Position numbers and translations under genes: made by a program. Of a stretch of 64,000 nucleotides of DNA, positions 1-10,516 are shown one piece after another. The notes beneath the pieces are model-generated. The model saw only the letters and a list, made by a program, of their open reading frames with translations. It was not told the origin of the DNA and did not search any database. Each line of letters opens with the position of its first letter. Position 1 is the stretch's first letter. This stretch comes from a bacterium (lineage in GTDB: Bacteria; Patescibacteriota; Dojkabacteria; JAKAPS01), in contig JAKAPS010000004.1 of assembly GCA_021806925.1 (NCBI GenBank), forward strand, positions 1,586 through 65,585, read 5' to 3'.

Positions 1-846
1 GCATTCCTTCCAGTTGCAGAAATTATTAAAAATAGTAATGATTTGACTCTAACAGCAGTAGCACTGCTATATGCTGGAGAAGATGATGCAGAAGAAATTG
101 CCGATGCACTTACTAAAAGGATGGAAGAACAGAAGCAAAAGGGACAAGTAAATAATACAGAAACTAAATTAGTGATAGGAGATAGTAGATTAGTGGAAAA
201 TAATTCTAAAACTTTAGAATATACTCCTTTTTCAGACATATTGAGTAAACATCCAAACTCTATTGGTGTGATAGGCGATCCACTTATACTTGGAAATGGT
301 AAAGAGCCTCTATTCTTTCAAGTAAAAGCTGTTATTCTTGAAAATGGTAAAGTAGAAGTGTTGAAAAAGCCAATTTTAGCAAGGAAACCATCAGCAGGTG
401 TTGGATTAAGTGATGGTAGGGCAATTTCAATGGTTGGGGAATTACGTATGGCAACTGGATTAACAGGTGCAGAACAAATAATTGCTGGAAGTAATGATAA
501 CGAATTATCGTTGCCTTATTTAGCAATGACTGAAGCAAGTCAAGAATATGGTGTTAAAATTAATAAAGAGGATCTTACTCACGTTGCTGTATACCCAGCA
601 GGAAGTGAAACTACTGAAATAATCGATCTTTTCTCCTGTGAAATAGATCCAAGTAGCTATAGCGGAAAGGTTCATGGAACAGATTCAGATGAGAGAACAT
701 TAACACATTCTAGAGACATTAATTTACGTGAAGCATTTGGAACTCCCTATGATGCAAAAACAATGACCTTAACTCAATTATTTAGACTTGGAGTGATTAA
801 GATATTACACAAAGACCAAGAAAGAATAAATGCTACACAAAATTGA
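1..846 (+). CDS. hypothetical protein, 5'-partial. The reading frame is open from base 1; the track start at 43 is an internal TTG.
   Basis: Frame 1 has no stop from position 1 to 846. I recognise no motif. Confidence 0.4.
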   Translation, partial: AFLPVAEIIKNSNDLTLTAVALLYAGEDDAEEIADALTKRMEEQKQKGQVNNTETKLVIGDSRLVENNSKTLEYTPFSDILSKHPNSIGVIGDPLILGNGKEPLFFQVKAVILENGKVEVLKKPILARKPSAGVGLSDGRAISMVGELRMATGLTGAEQIIAGSNDNELSLPYLAMTEASQEYGVKINKEDLTHVAVYPAGSETTEIIDLFSCEIDPSSYSGKVHGTDSDERTLTHSRDINLREAFGTPYDAKTMTLTQLFRLGVIKILHKDQERINATQN

Positions 847-929
847 TATAAGTAGGGATTCAATCTAATCAACATGATTGAAGATTGAAGTATTGACATT
901 AACACACAAATAGTGTACATAGTAAAGAT

Positions 930-1571
930 ATGTCTAGTCATAATAGTTTTGATGAGAAACCCAATGAAACAACTCCATTTAATTTGTTTGCAGGAGGCAT
1001 GTTATGTTATATCTGCCATCCGTCAGTATCTTTTGATGGTGACCACAACAACTATTGTTATGTGCTTCCCATTATAAATGGGTGTATTGATGAAAGAACT
1101 AAGTCTCAACTTAATAAAATTAATGATGGATTTCTTAATTACAAAGAATTATCAACAGAGGATATAATAATGTTGTATGTAGGTCTAGAAAAAACAATAA
1201 CAGATGCAATAAAAAGACACTTACGTTTTGATCCTGAGCGACATACTGCTGTAAGAAAATATTTAATCAAAGAAATGAAAACTTATTTTATGGAAAAATA
1301 TTCCAAAAAAATATTACAAGAATATAATACTTATTTCTCATCAGACGAAACATATACTAGAATACTTGAAGAAGAATACTTATATTATGCAGCTACGTTC
1401 AATAAATTCAAGCTCAATTTAACTAATAAATTAAAAAGGGTAGGAGAAAGAATAAGAGAGTACTATGATTTTGCTTCTCTACCATTTTCTATAGCATTAA
1501 CATTATTTCAAGATATAATGAAAGAGATTAATACATCAAAAAAAGAGAAAACACCCTCTACAAGCTATTAA
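930..1571 (+). CDS. hypothetical protein with a Cys-rich N-terminus
   Basis: 213-aa ORF. Its 3' end overlaps the convergent 758-aa gene. No recognisable motif. Confidence 0.3.
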   Translation: MSSHNSFDEKPNETTPFNLFAGGMLCYICHPSVSFDGDHNNYCYVLPIINGCIDERTKSQLNKINDGFLNYKELSTEDIIMLYVGLEKTITDAIKRHLRFDPERHTAVRKYLIKEMKTYFMEKYSKKILQEYNTYFSSDETYTRILEEEYLYYAATFNKFKLNLTNKLKRVGERIREYYDFASLPFSIALTLFQDIMKEINTSKKEKTPSTSY

Positions 1572-3834
1572 TCGTCTTAATAACGCTATAATCCTTAGTA
1601 TTTAATCCATATTGTATCAATAACTCAGTTAATGACCTGCTCATACCAAGGTTCTGATAAAATAATTTTCCAACTGTATAATCATTATTTACAACAAATA
1701 TGTTTTTACCCATTGTTAAGTAGCTAGTCTCCTTAGTTGTATCACTTGAATATAGTTGTGCTGCATATAGGTATATTTGAGGATCTGCATATTTATATCT
1801 TTTCAATATATCATTCATATCACCCTCTGCCTTGTTCGTCTGACCTTGGAAATACAATATCTGATTATTACTCAGCCTTATATACAAACTCTGACTATCT
1901 AATTTCATAGCACTGGCGTTATAGCTAACAAGCTGACTCATTGATAGCGGGGGAGTAGAATTTGTACCTTGACTTGAACTACTCAAACCTACTTGAACTA
2001 GGAAGTATGGGTAATATGCATCTATAGGATTAAATCTTATCAAACTCTCAATTGATTGAACCTGAGGAGCAATTGATGCTGTCTGTGATTGATTAACTAA
2101 ACTATTTAGTATTCCTTGGAACATTTGATATCCGACAAAGAAATATATTGATAAAATAAGGGATAGAAGGGAAATTACACTTACACTGTATGAAAAGACA
2201 TTTCCAGAATTATTAAAGAACCTGTCAATATTTAATATCCTTACTCCAATTGCTAATATAACAAAGAAGAGGAATGTCAACTCAATTACGTGCATTACTG
2301 GATAAAATAACATAAAGAGAATAAATACAAACAATACTAACCCAACCTCAAAGGATTGAGTTGATCTTGTATCCTTTGTAGTAAGCAAATTTAATGACAT
2401 TCTGAATGCCTTGTATATAAAGAATAGAAAGATTAGTCCACCAATAATACCAGTAGCACTAAACATCCATATAAACTCACTTCCAGTTGTTGTAAATACC
2501 TGCCATGGTGCTAATTCAAATGCCTGTGAAACACTCTTAAAGTTCCCAAGCCCTATACCTGTAAATATATATGATTTAAATACATTTAGAGCTTGAATAT
2601 AGTTGGATTCCATTAGAGCCATTGAAAAGTTCCTTTCATCCAGAAATATTGGGTTATATGCAACAGTAAAAGAGTGATTAGTTAGAATATATGAAAGTAT
2701 AATAGTAATAACTGCAAAACCAATCAAATATACTCTATTCTCAACCCATTTGAATCTATTTTCAACTACATCCTTCCAAAGTAGTAGTGACAACTCTATT
2801 CCAAATACAACATATGCAAATTTTGAATATGTTATATATATCCCAATAGATATTATTATGCTTGAAATTAAAAACACTAGTTTTCTCTTTCCCCTTATAC
2901 TGAATATAGATTGGAGAGAGAATGGGAATACAATTAAACCAAACAAAGCCTGAAATATATTAAGATTTAAAAATGGATACATTAAATAATTTGATGGAAT
3001 CAAATAATTTTTAGTTTTTAAGAAATTATATAAACTTAAAAACACTGTTTTCTGTGTAAAAACATTATTTGCAAATGATATCTGAAGATATGACAATATT
3101 ACATATATAAAGATGATGCCTGATACGACGCTAAGTGCATTGAAAAATGTCCTTCTTGATTTTCTCCCATGAAAAAAATCATATGAAAGAATAAAGAATA
3201 GACCATAACTAATTAATTCTATTGTGAAAAGAATTGAGTTATATTTATAAACTGAAAATATATCAGATACCAAAACAAAAAACATGAATGCAAAAAATAC
3301 ATATAAAAATGATTTTGATATATATAAATTTCCCCTTAAATTTCTCAAGAAGAAGAAACCGGAAGCTAATAATGCAACAGTAAATACCTTTGGTTCAGTT
3401 AGGCTGATTCCTCCAAAAAATGATAACGCAACTAGTGAAACAAAAAACAATGCAAAGTATATTTTCTCTATTGTAGTAAAAAAAACAAGAAATTTTCTTT
3501 TTGGCTTATCTTCATAACTTTGATATTCCTCTTTATCACTGACACTATCTTTTTTATCAATCTCAACTACTGTTATACTTTCTTCCTCAATAATGACAGG
3601 TTCTTGGATAATCAATTCCTCATTTTTTTTATCTGTATTATGTTTTGTGTTTTTCATATTCCCATGACCTTTTGTTTTATCACTAGCCAAAGCACTCTTT
3701 GTAGACTTCATTGTTTCCTTCTTTACTTTATCGCTTTGTATAGTACCCTTTGTATTCTCTTTTAAGATATTTTTGAGGTTATTCGTGCTTTTCTTTGATG
3801 TTTTTTTAGATTTATTTTCTTTCACTAAAGACAA
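1558..3834 (-). CDS. large polytopic membrane protein, O-antigen ligase/polymerase-like (Wzy_C-type). It has a Lys-rich disordered N-terminus and a C-terminal extracytoplasmic domain.
   Basis: 758 aa. About 130 K/E/T-rich N-terminal residues are followed by at least 10 predicted TM helices and a hydrophilic C-terminal roughly 200 aa. It lies in the glycan locus. Confidence 0.45.
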   Translation of the reverse strand: MSLVKENKSKKTSKKSTNNLKNILKENTKGTIQSDKVKKETMKSTKSALASDKTKGHGNMKNTKHNTDKKNEELIIQEPVIIEEESITVVEIDKKDSVSDKEEYQSYEDKPKRKFLVFFTTIEKIYFALFFVSLVALSFFGGISLTEPKVFTVALLASGFFFLRNLRGNLYISKSFLYVFFAFMFFVLVSDIFSVYKYNSILFTIELISYGLFFILSYDFFHGRKSRRTFFNALSVVSGIIFIYVILSYLQISFANNVFTQKTVFLSLYNFLKTKNYLIPSNYLMYPFLNLNIFQALFGLIVFPFSLQSIFSIRGKRKLVFLISSIIISIGIYITYSKFAYVVFGIELSLLLWKDVVENRFKWVENRVYLIGFAVITIILSYILTNHSFTVAYNPIFLDERNFSMALMESNYIQALNVFKSYIFTGIGLGNFKSVSQAFELAPWQVFTTTGSEFIWMFSATGIIGGLIFLFFIYKAFRMSLNLLTTKDTRSTQSFEVGLVLFVFILFMLFYPVMHVIELTFLFFVILAIGVRILNIDRFFNNSGNVFSYSVSVISLLSLILSIYFFVGYQMFQGILNSLVNQSQTASIAPQVQSIESLIRFNPIDAYYPYFLVQVGLSSSSQGTNSTPPLSMSQLVSYNASAMKLDSQSLYIRLSNNQILYFQGQTNKAEGDMNDILKRYKYADPQIYLYAAQLYSSDTTKETSYLTMGKNIFVVNNDYTVGKLFYQNLGMSRSLTELLIQYGLNTKDYSVIKTINSL

Positions 3835-3939
3835 TGATATATAAATATTATTAAGAATGCAACAGGATTCAAGAAATGTTAACTATCACAATATAAATTG
3901 TTGATATGGATACCGAGAAAAATGTATAAAAATAAACTT

Positions 3940-3964
3940 CCCACGACCTTACGGTCGGGGTTTT
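3940..3964. terminator. GC-rich hairpin (cccacgacc-ttac-ggtcgggg) followed by TTTT. It is a possible bidirectional intrinsic terminator between xerC and the 758-aa gene.
   Basis: The stem-loop was read directly. T-runs follow it on both strands. Confidence 0.35.
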
Positions 3965-4162
3965 AAGTTCGGAATTTATAAAATTAAGGCACATTTCTTT
4001 AATATGTATTACCTGTAAAATATTGTTTCAATATATATATTAAATACAAGAGATATCCTATACAACAAAATCGTATACACTCTTTACTGGACTATACGAT
4101 TTGTTGGATTATTGCATCGTACTTTTGAAACAAGTATATTATTTAAGTCTCGTTTATGTTTA

Positions 4163-5173
4163 TTACACTTCCTGCAATGGATGGAAGTGCTTATGAGCTT
4201 CATATGCAATCTTATCTGATGTGTGAAGGTATCTGTTTGTAGTTTGAAGCGATTCATGTCCTAACAGAATTTGAATAGCTCCAACATTTGCACCATTTTC
4301 TGCCAGGTAGGTTGCAAATCCATGCCTTAGAGAGTGAGCTGATGTAGGAACGATTATTCCAAGTAACCTTCTATATGTAGCAATTCTTTCTTGCAGGTAA
4401 TTAGGTGATATTCTTTCTGATAATCTGTGATTCCGTCCTCCTCTTGTGGAAAGAAATAGTGCCTTACGTGAATCATCTCCTCTTAATTTTAGGTATTCTA
4501 AAATATAGTGGGTTGCTCTTTCTGTAAGGTATACAAATCTTTGTTTTTTACCTTTACCCATTATATATATTTTACCAGTATCATCTATATTTTCTCTGTT
4601 TATACGTATTAATTCAGATATTCTCATGCCAGTTGAAAAAAGGACTTCAAGCATTGCTCTGTTTCTTGATGCAACATATGGATTCTTCTCAAATGTACTT
4701 GGGTATTCAATTAATTTTATTAGAGTATCAAGCTCTGCAACTTGTGCTTCCTTTCTCTCCATCTTAATCAACTTTATACTGCTTGATGATATAGGGCTTG
4801 AGAAATCAAAATCGGATAAGAATTTAAAATATGATCGTAATGCACTAAGCATTCTGTTTACACTTCTTGATGCAAGTTTTTCACCGTAATCCTTTTTTTT
4901 ATGCTCACAAAATTCCTTATATTCCTCAATATATTCAGTTTCATGAGCTTTAAAAAATTCGCTTATCTTACCCAAATACAATCCGTCCCTAAGAAATCCT
5001 TTATACATTGTTATTGTCAGTTTTGTTATACCATTAAATTCAATATGATTTAAAAGCAAATACATTTCAAAAACAAATAGATCTCTCCTATAATTGTATA
5101 TAGTTTCCCTTGAGTAATTTTGATTTAATAACTCTATCAAGAACTCTTCTTTTTTATCTAATACTGTATTCAT
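4163..5173 (-). CDS. xerC: tyrosine site-specific recombinase, XerC/XerD family
   Basis: The C-terminus carries the catalytic signature RHGFATYLAENGANVGAIQILLGHESLQTTNRYLH (R..HxxR...Y). The N-terminus is the SAM-like core-binding domain. Confidence 0.85.
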   Translation of the reverse strand: MNTVLDKKEEFLIELLNQNYSRETIYNYRRDLFVFEMYLLLNHIEFNGITKLTITMYKGFLRDGLYLGKISEFFKAHETEYIEEYKEFCEHKKKDYGEKLASRSVNRMLSALRSYFKFLSDFDFSSPISSSSIKLIKMERKEAQVAELDTLIKLIEYPSTFEKNPYVASRNRAMLEVLFSTGMRISELIRINRENIDDTGKIYIMGKGKKQRFVYLTERATHYILEYLKLRGDDSRKALFLSTRGGRNHRLSERISPNYLQERIATYRRLLGIIVPTSAHSLRHGFATYLAENGANVGAIQILLGHESLQTTNRYLHTSDKIAYEAHKHFHPLQEV

Positions 5174-5225
5174 AATGTTTATTTATACATTTATATATAA
5201 AAAAAATACAATTACTCTTCAGAAT

Positions 5226-5254
5226 CAGATTGAATAAAGTTTTATTCAATCTAA
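5226..5254. terminator. 12-bp-stem hairpin (agattgaataaa / tttattcaatct) overlapping the stop of the Wzy-like gene. It is a likely intrinsic terminator.
   Basis: An inverted repeat was read directly, followed on the minus strand by a T-rich tract. Confidence 0.4.
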
Positions 5255-6493
5255 CTTCTTTATATATTCATCATCAAACAAATATAAACCTAATAAGAAG
5301 AATATAAATCCGTTAACAGGAAATATTTCAAAATAGGGGAGTCCTATTGAACCTATTAGAAATAAAATTATTAAGATTATGAGTTCAATATTTCTCCTGT
5401 TATTAAATATACTGGATATAAAAGAGTAGATGAATAATATAAATCCGATGATGCCAAAGCTATAAAATAACTGAACATAAGTGTCTTCTGAAAATGTAAG
5501 TTTATTTCCAAAAAAGAACTTTAATACTTTGGTTAATAAACTACTTCCAGTTTTAACAATTGTAGGATTTGTGAAATGTTTAATAGCACTTGGAAATTTA
5601 TTAACAATTTCTTTTGTATAAAGGCCCTTATCAAAAAGAATAACTAATATGGAGAGTATATAGAAAAATAGTATTACATACCCGTATCTATTTTTTATAT
5701 AAATTAAATAAAGACCATATAAAAACAGCAATATAAACGCTGTGAAAGAAAATGTTAATCCAATATATATTATCGATAAAATTATGAATATATAAGAATA
5801 TAGCTGTTTACTCCTTTCACTAAAGAACTTCATATTACTTAACACATCAATATTGAATATGAAATATACTACACCTAAAAATGTAAAATAAGCACTTCCA
5901 TTAGGGTCATCCCATAATCCTCCAAATCTTACTGAACCTCCACTATATGCAAGAGCAGGTAATCTATGTACCGTGAAGAATAATATTAGTTGAATAATAT
6001 CACTTGATACATTAATTAATAAAAACATGGAAAATAAATAAAATATTATATATTTAACATTTCTAAAATTACTAAAAAATATAGGTAATAAGAGTAGGGG
6101 AGTGAAAAATACGAACTTTATAATAAAATCAACACTGGAGTTCCTTATTAGCATATGCAAACTTGATAGATGAAAAACAACTGCAGATATAAGAATATAA
6201 ACAATAAAAAAAATGTACCATTTTATCTTTCCATATATTTTCTTAATATCTATTTTTTTTAATAACTCATTCTTGTGTATTATATAAATAAGTACAAGAT
6301 AAAAAATAAAGAATAATACATATTTAAATATTTGTATTGATAGCGGTGTATTATGATAAGTAGGTGATGTAAGTGTTGAATTTATCTTAAAAGGATATCT
6401 GTAAAAATAGAACAAGTACATAAAGATAAGCATAACTAAAGAAACAAGTTCATATATACTTATTCGTAGTTTATTTATCAAAGAGTCTATCAT
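5246..6493 (-). CDS. polytopic membrane protein, O-antigen polymerase/ligase (Wzy)-like
   Basis: 415 aa with about 12 TM helices and a loop motif GGSVRFGGLWDDPNGSAYF. It lies in the glycan locus. Confidence 0.45.
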   Translation of the reverse strand: MIDSLINKLRISIYELVSLVMLIFMYLFYFYRYPFKINSTLTSPTYHNTPLSIQIFKYVLFFIFYLVLIYIIHKNELLKKIDIKKIYGKIKWYIFFIVYILISAVVFHLSSLHMLIRNSSVDFIIKFVFFTPLLLLPIFFSNFRNVKYIIFYLFSMFLLINVSSDIIQLILFFTVHRLPALAYSGGSVRFGGLWDDPNGSAYFTFLGVVYFIFNIDVLSNMKFFSERSKQLYSYIFIILSIIYIGLTFSFTAFILLFLYGLYLIYIKNRYGYVILFFYILSILVILFDKGLYTKEIVNKFPSAIKHFTNPTIVKTGSSLLTKVLKFFFGNKLTFSEDTYVQLFYSFGIIGFILFIYSFISSIFNNRRNIELIILIILFLIGSIGLPYFEIFPVNGFIFFLLGLYLFDDEYIKKLD

Positions 6494-6641
6494 ATAAAAA
6501 TTATACTATAATTTAATACTATTTAATATTTAAAATGAAGCACATTAAAATATATCTCACATGTCTACAAAACAACTGTATATATAAATAAGAAATCAAA
6601 GATTGACTGAAGAGTGTATAATGTTGAGTAATTAAGTAAAC

Positions 6642-7115
6642 ATGTTTATAGAACTTTTTTTAATAATTACCCTTTCTATAGGTATTGTACTTTTTATTCT
6701 TACATTACTGTTACATTTAATTATCGTGAAAATATTTAAAAGAAATAGTCTTTTACTTGTGCGTTTAATACTAGTCCTTCTTATTTTGCAATTTCTACTC
6801 GGTATGGCTGCAAATCTATTTCAAACAATTCCATATATAAAACCATGGCTTGTATTTCATGATTTTGGATACATATTGTTTCATACAATCAATGCCACAT
6901 TACTAATTATTCTATCAATAATGTATCTTATACAAGTGAGAAAAGAAAAGACACAAAGATTTCATGGAATCATAGGGCTTACTGGTATTGTAATTGCATA
7001 TATAGGTGGAGTTATATTTGTTGATTTTGGACAGAATAATATATTTTCATTTATTATGGCAGTAGGATTTATAGTTAGCACATTTGTATATTCATACCAA
7101 TCTTTTAATAATTAA
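6642..7115 (+). CDS. small integral membrane protein, hypothetical
   Basis: 157 aa with four hydrophobic helices. Confidence 0.4.
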   Translation: MFIELFLIITLSIGIVLFILTLLLHLIIVKIFKRNSLLLVRLILVLLILQFLLGMAANLFQTIPYIKPWLVFHDFGYILFHTINATLLIILSIMYLIQVRKEKTQRFHGIIGLTGIVIAYIGGVIFVDFGQNNIFSFIMAVGFIVSTFVYSYQSFNN

Positions 7116-7190
7116 TGTATCCCACAAATCCTAACATCAATATATATTAACTCTACGCTCTTTAGATAATACCCGACCCACTCTTTGGTT

Positions 7191-7511
7191 TTACCCTACA
7201 AGCGCATCATCAATCACTTCTTTATAATCATCTTTTCTGTGTAATCCAATAAGTTCCTTGAAAAGTTTTCCATTCTTAAATACTTTAACATTAGGAATAC
7301 TTTGAATATTGAACATCATTGATGTTTGTGGATTCTCATCAACATCCATCTCTGCAAACATAATTTTACCATCTGTATATTCACCTTCTAATTCATTTAA
7401 AATAGGGGATAACATCTTACATGGCATACACCAGACTGCGTTGAAATCCACTAATATCACACTATTTTCCTCAATTGTTTTTGAGAAATCTGTATCTGTT
7501 ATTTTTTTCAT
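7191..7511 (-). CDS. trxA: thioredoxin
   Basis: WCMPCK active site (WCxPC) and thioredoxin length. Confidence 0.9.
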   Translation of the reverse strand: MKKITDTDFSKTIEENSVILVDFNAVWCMPCKMLSPILNELEGEYTDGKIMFAEMDVDENPQTSMMFNIQSIPNVKVFKNGKLFKELIGLHRKDDYKEVIDDALVG

Positions 7512-7544
7512 TTTCTTTTTCTATATATATAACGGATAAATTAA

Positions 7545-7763
7545 TCAAATCCGTTTAAGAAGAATCTGTATTTTCTCTGACATATCTTTGGTTGTCTTGC
7601 AATTAGAAATAGAATATTTAACATATTCATTACTGAATGATGAGATAGCTCTTTGCAGTGCAACTACTTGTTGCATTACATCTTCGCAGTTTCTTCCATC
7701 ATCAATCATCTTCATAATTCCATTGACCTGCCCTGATATCTTCTTTAATCTGCCCTTAAGCAT
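7545..7763 (-). CDS. CsoR/RcnR/FrmR-family metal- or redox-sensing transcriptional repressor (DUF156)
   Basis: 72 aa all-helical protein. The N-terminus LKKISGQVNGIMKMIDDGRNCEDVMQQVVALQRAI matches the family signature, including the sensing Cys. Confidence 0.65.
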   Translation of the reverse strand: MLKGRLKKISGQVNGIMKMIDDGRNCEDVMQQVVALQRAISSFSNEYVKYSISNCKTTKDMSEKIQILLKRI

Positions 7764-7829
7764 ACTATACTGGAGTATAGTACAGTCGTTTAGGGAAAGT
7801 CAATATGCAAAAATTAAAAAATTAATTTT

Positions 7830-8747
7830 CTACACTATATTACCCTTATGTTTTCTTAAAAAAAGGTAAAGTCCTATAAAAGACCCCCTAAAAACTTTCA
7901 TTCTGTATTCTAAAGGAACTCCACTATTTGCTTTCAAAGCACCAAATAAATTTCTAAATGGATACATGACATACTTAAAAAAGTATATTGTTGGCCTTAT
8001 CTTTACTCCATTTTTTCTAAGCTTCTGAATAAAGTAAAGATAATTTCTACTTTGTAGAATATCTTTAAATATTGAACCTTGCGAACTCTTTCCACCTTCA
8101 TGATATATTTTAATATTTGGATCGATCCATATTTGAAATCCTAATTTTTTCACACTATAGCTCCAGTCCAGATCTTCATAATACATAAAATAGTCTTCTG
8201 GTATTAGTTGTTTTTTGAAAACTAAGCTCTTTGCCATAAAAAAAGTCCCATTAACAATATCCACTTCATAAAGTGAGCCTTCTGGGAAATTATGTATTTG
8301 AGGAAATAACTCAGTCCATGAATTAAAATCAAATGATCCACCCGCAGATTCAAGAGAAGAATCAGTATGCATCATTAAGCCAGAGACACAATCAATACTA
8401 CTATTAGAAGATAAATCTGAAATTGCTTTTAATATATATTTATTGTCAAATGTTACATCACTATTCATAACGCATATATAATCAAATCCATTCTTTAATC
8501 CATATTTAATTCCTATATTATTTCCCGCGGCATATCCGATATTTCCTCCAGAAAATTTATATACAACACTACTACCAAAATTAGTTAATAGCTTTTCCTT
8601 ACAGTGGCTATTTTTTTCATTATCAATAACTATTATGAATATATACTTGTTCTTTAACAATAAGATATTCTTAATAGCTGAAACAATAGTATCCTCAGAT
8701 TTCCAATTCAGAAATACAACTAATGTTTTTTTATTCATTATATCCAA
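7830..8747 (-). CDS. glycosyltransferase family 2 (rhamnosyltransferase-like)
   Basis: GT-A fold N-terminus (LVVFLNW...IIVIDNEKNS) and D-x-D-like VMNSDV. Confidence 0.7.
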   Translation of the reverse strand: MDIMNKKTLVVFLNWKSEDTIVSAIKNILLLKNKYIFIIVIDNEKNSHCKEKLLTNFGSSVVYKFSGGNIGYAAGNNIGIKYGLKNGFDYICVMNSDVTFDNKYILKAISDLSSNSSIDCVSGLMMHTDSSLESAGGSFDFNSWTELFPQIHNFPEGSLYEVDIVNGTFFMAKSLVFKKQLIPEDYFMYYEDLDWSYSVKKLGFQIWIDPNIKIYHEGGKSSQGSIFKDILQSRNYLYFIQKLRKNGVKIRPTIYFFKYVMYPFRNLFGALKANSGVPLEYRMKVFRGSFIGLYLFLRKHKGNIV

Positions 8748-9034
8748 AAACTATTATACATATTTTTATACATAAATGTATTAAAAGATTTTCAATTATA
8801 TAACTATACCTATTTTAATAGGCACATTATCCTAACTGTAAATCACTTCAATTCTCCTGATTTTCTAAACATATAATTAGTGTACTTCATCTGGTTTGTT
8901 GGAATTGAGAGAGCTAACACATATATCAAATTGCATAAAGTCTTTAATGAATCTGAGTGGTAATAAAACTTTCTATTTTAGGATTTATATATTACAGAGA
9001 ATAATATCTATAAATGTAATATAATCATATTGGT

Positions 9035-10516
9035 ATGCCAAATAAAAAGAGATTGATTTTAAGTAACGGAATAATTCAGATTAGTATAAAATCAATATTA
9101 CTTCTAATTGGTCTAGCAAGTACATTTTTAATTACGAAGCATTTTGGATCAAATGGTTTTGGATATTATTCTGTTGCTGTAAATTATATAGCATTTTTTG
9201 CACTTTTTGCTGATTGGGGGGTTAGTACAATTCTGCAACGTGATATTTTAAAGAATGAGGAAAACCATAATCTAAAACATGAATTTATAGCAAATATCAT
9301 ATCTGTCAAATTCATTTTCATAGCTATTACGTATATAGTAAGTTTAATAGCACTATTTTTCATGAGATATAACCAGATAGAAGTAAAGGGTATACTAATA
9401 TTAATAGTTGCCCAATCTATTTCTGGACTCTCCATGATATTTTTTGTTATAAAAGCAAGCTCACTGGATACATATACATATTTCATAGGTGAACTTATAG
9501 GAAGGATATTATCTTTTTTAGTTATATTCATAACCATATCCTATAATCTTCCAATCATATATTTATTTATTGCAATATTGATAAATAATATAGTTATCTT
9601 TATATTCGGATATTTCTCATGTATAAGAGCAAATAAAATATATGCTGCATTTAACAAGAAATTGGTAAAAAAGATCGTTAAGGAATCAATATTTATTGGT
9701 TTTGTTGGTGCTATTGGAACAATATATTTTAAAATTGATGCACTTATTCTCTCTTTAATGAAAAGTGCTACAGAGGTAGGGTTATATTCATTGCCATATA
9801 AAATACTTGAAATACTATTGTTTATTCCAGGAGTATTTATGAGCTATATTGTTCCTCAATTATCAAAAATCTATAGTGAAAATGACACAGAAAAGATAAG
9901 AGTCTTATCAAATCTTGCAATAAAATTAATGTCAATAACTGTCATACCAATACTTGTTGGAACAATTGTAATTGCACCTAAACTTATACCCCTTTTTGGC
10001 AATAATACTTTTACGAATTCTAATATATATATATATTTATTTAAAACACATATAGAGGCAAATTCAGTAATTGCCTTACAGATATTATCTTTTAGTATTC
10101 TTTTTACATTCTTCAATTACTACCTCGGAGGTTTATTTATAATTTATTCAAAATTTAAGGTTATGATGATAAACAACATTATCTCTGCTGTTATAAACAT
10201 AGGATTAAATATATTACTTATTCCTCACTTCACTTTTGTTGCCAGTGCATTCTTAACAGTACTAGGTGAGGGTATATTCACAGTATTGTACTTGCTTGAG
10301 ATAAAACATGTATTAAAACTTGATATAAATATGTTATCAGTACTATACCCAATTCCTGCAGGAGTTATAATGGGAATAGTAACATTTTATCTTTTGAAAC
10401 AAAATGTTATAGTTGATATACTGCTAAGTGGAGTCGTGTATTTTGCATTAATTATTCTATTTAGAATAGTTGATGTAAAAGAGTTAATTATTATGTTCTA
10501 TAAAGAGAATGGATAA
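9035..10516 (+). CDS. polysaccharide/O-unit flippase (Wzx, MOP superfamily)
   Basis: 493 aa with about 12-14 TM helices and Wzx-like topology. It lies adjacent to glycosyltransferases. Confidence 0.7.
   Translation: MPNKKRLILSNGIIQISIKSILLLIGLASTFLITKHFGSNGFGYYSVAVNYIAFFALFADWGVSTILQRDILKNEENHNLKHEFIANIISVKFIFIAITYIVSLIALFFMRYNQIEVKGILILIVAQSISGLSMIFFVIKASSLDTYTYFIGELIGRILSFLVIFITISYNLPIIYLFIAILINNIVIFIFGYFSCIRANKIYAAFNKKLVKKIVKESIFIGFVGAIGTIYFKIDALILSLMKSATEVGLYSLPYKILEILLFIPGVFMSYIVPQLSKIYSENDTEKIRVLSNLAIKLMSITVIPILVGTIVIAPKLIPLFGNNTFTNSNIYIYLFKTHIEANSVIALQILSFSILFTFFNYYLGGLFIIYSKFKVMMINNIISAVINIGLNILLIPHFTFVASAFLTVLGEGIFTVLYLLEIKHVLKLDINMLSVLYPIPAGVIMGIVTFYLLKQNVIVDILLSGVVYFALIILFRIVDVKELIIMFYKENG

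Noticed and set aside
3925-3965. Possible tRNA near the xerC 3' side, as integrases often sit next to tRNAs
   Set aside because: The region forms only a simple hairpin (cccacgacc/ggtcgggg) with no cloverleaf, T-loop or anticodon arm. I interpret it as a terminator.
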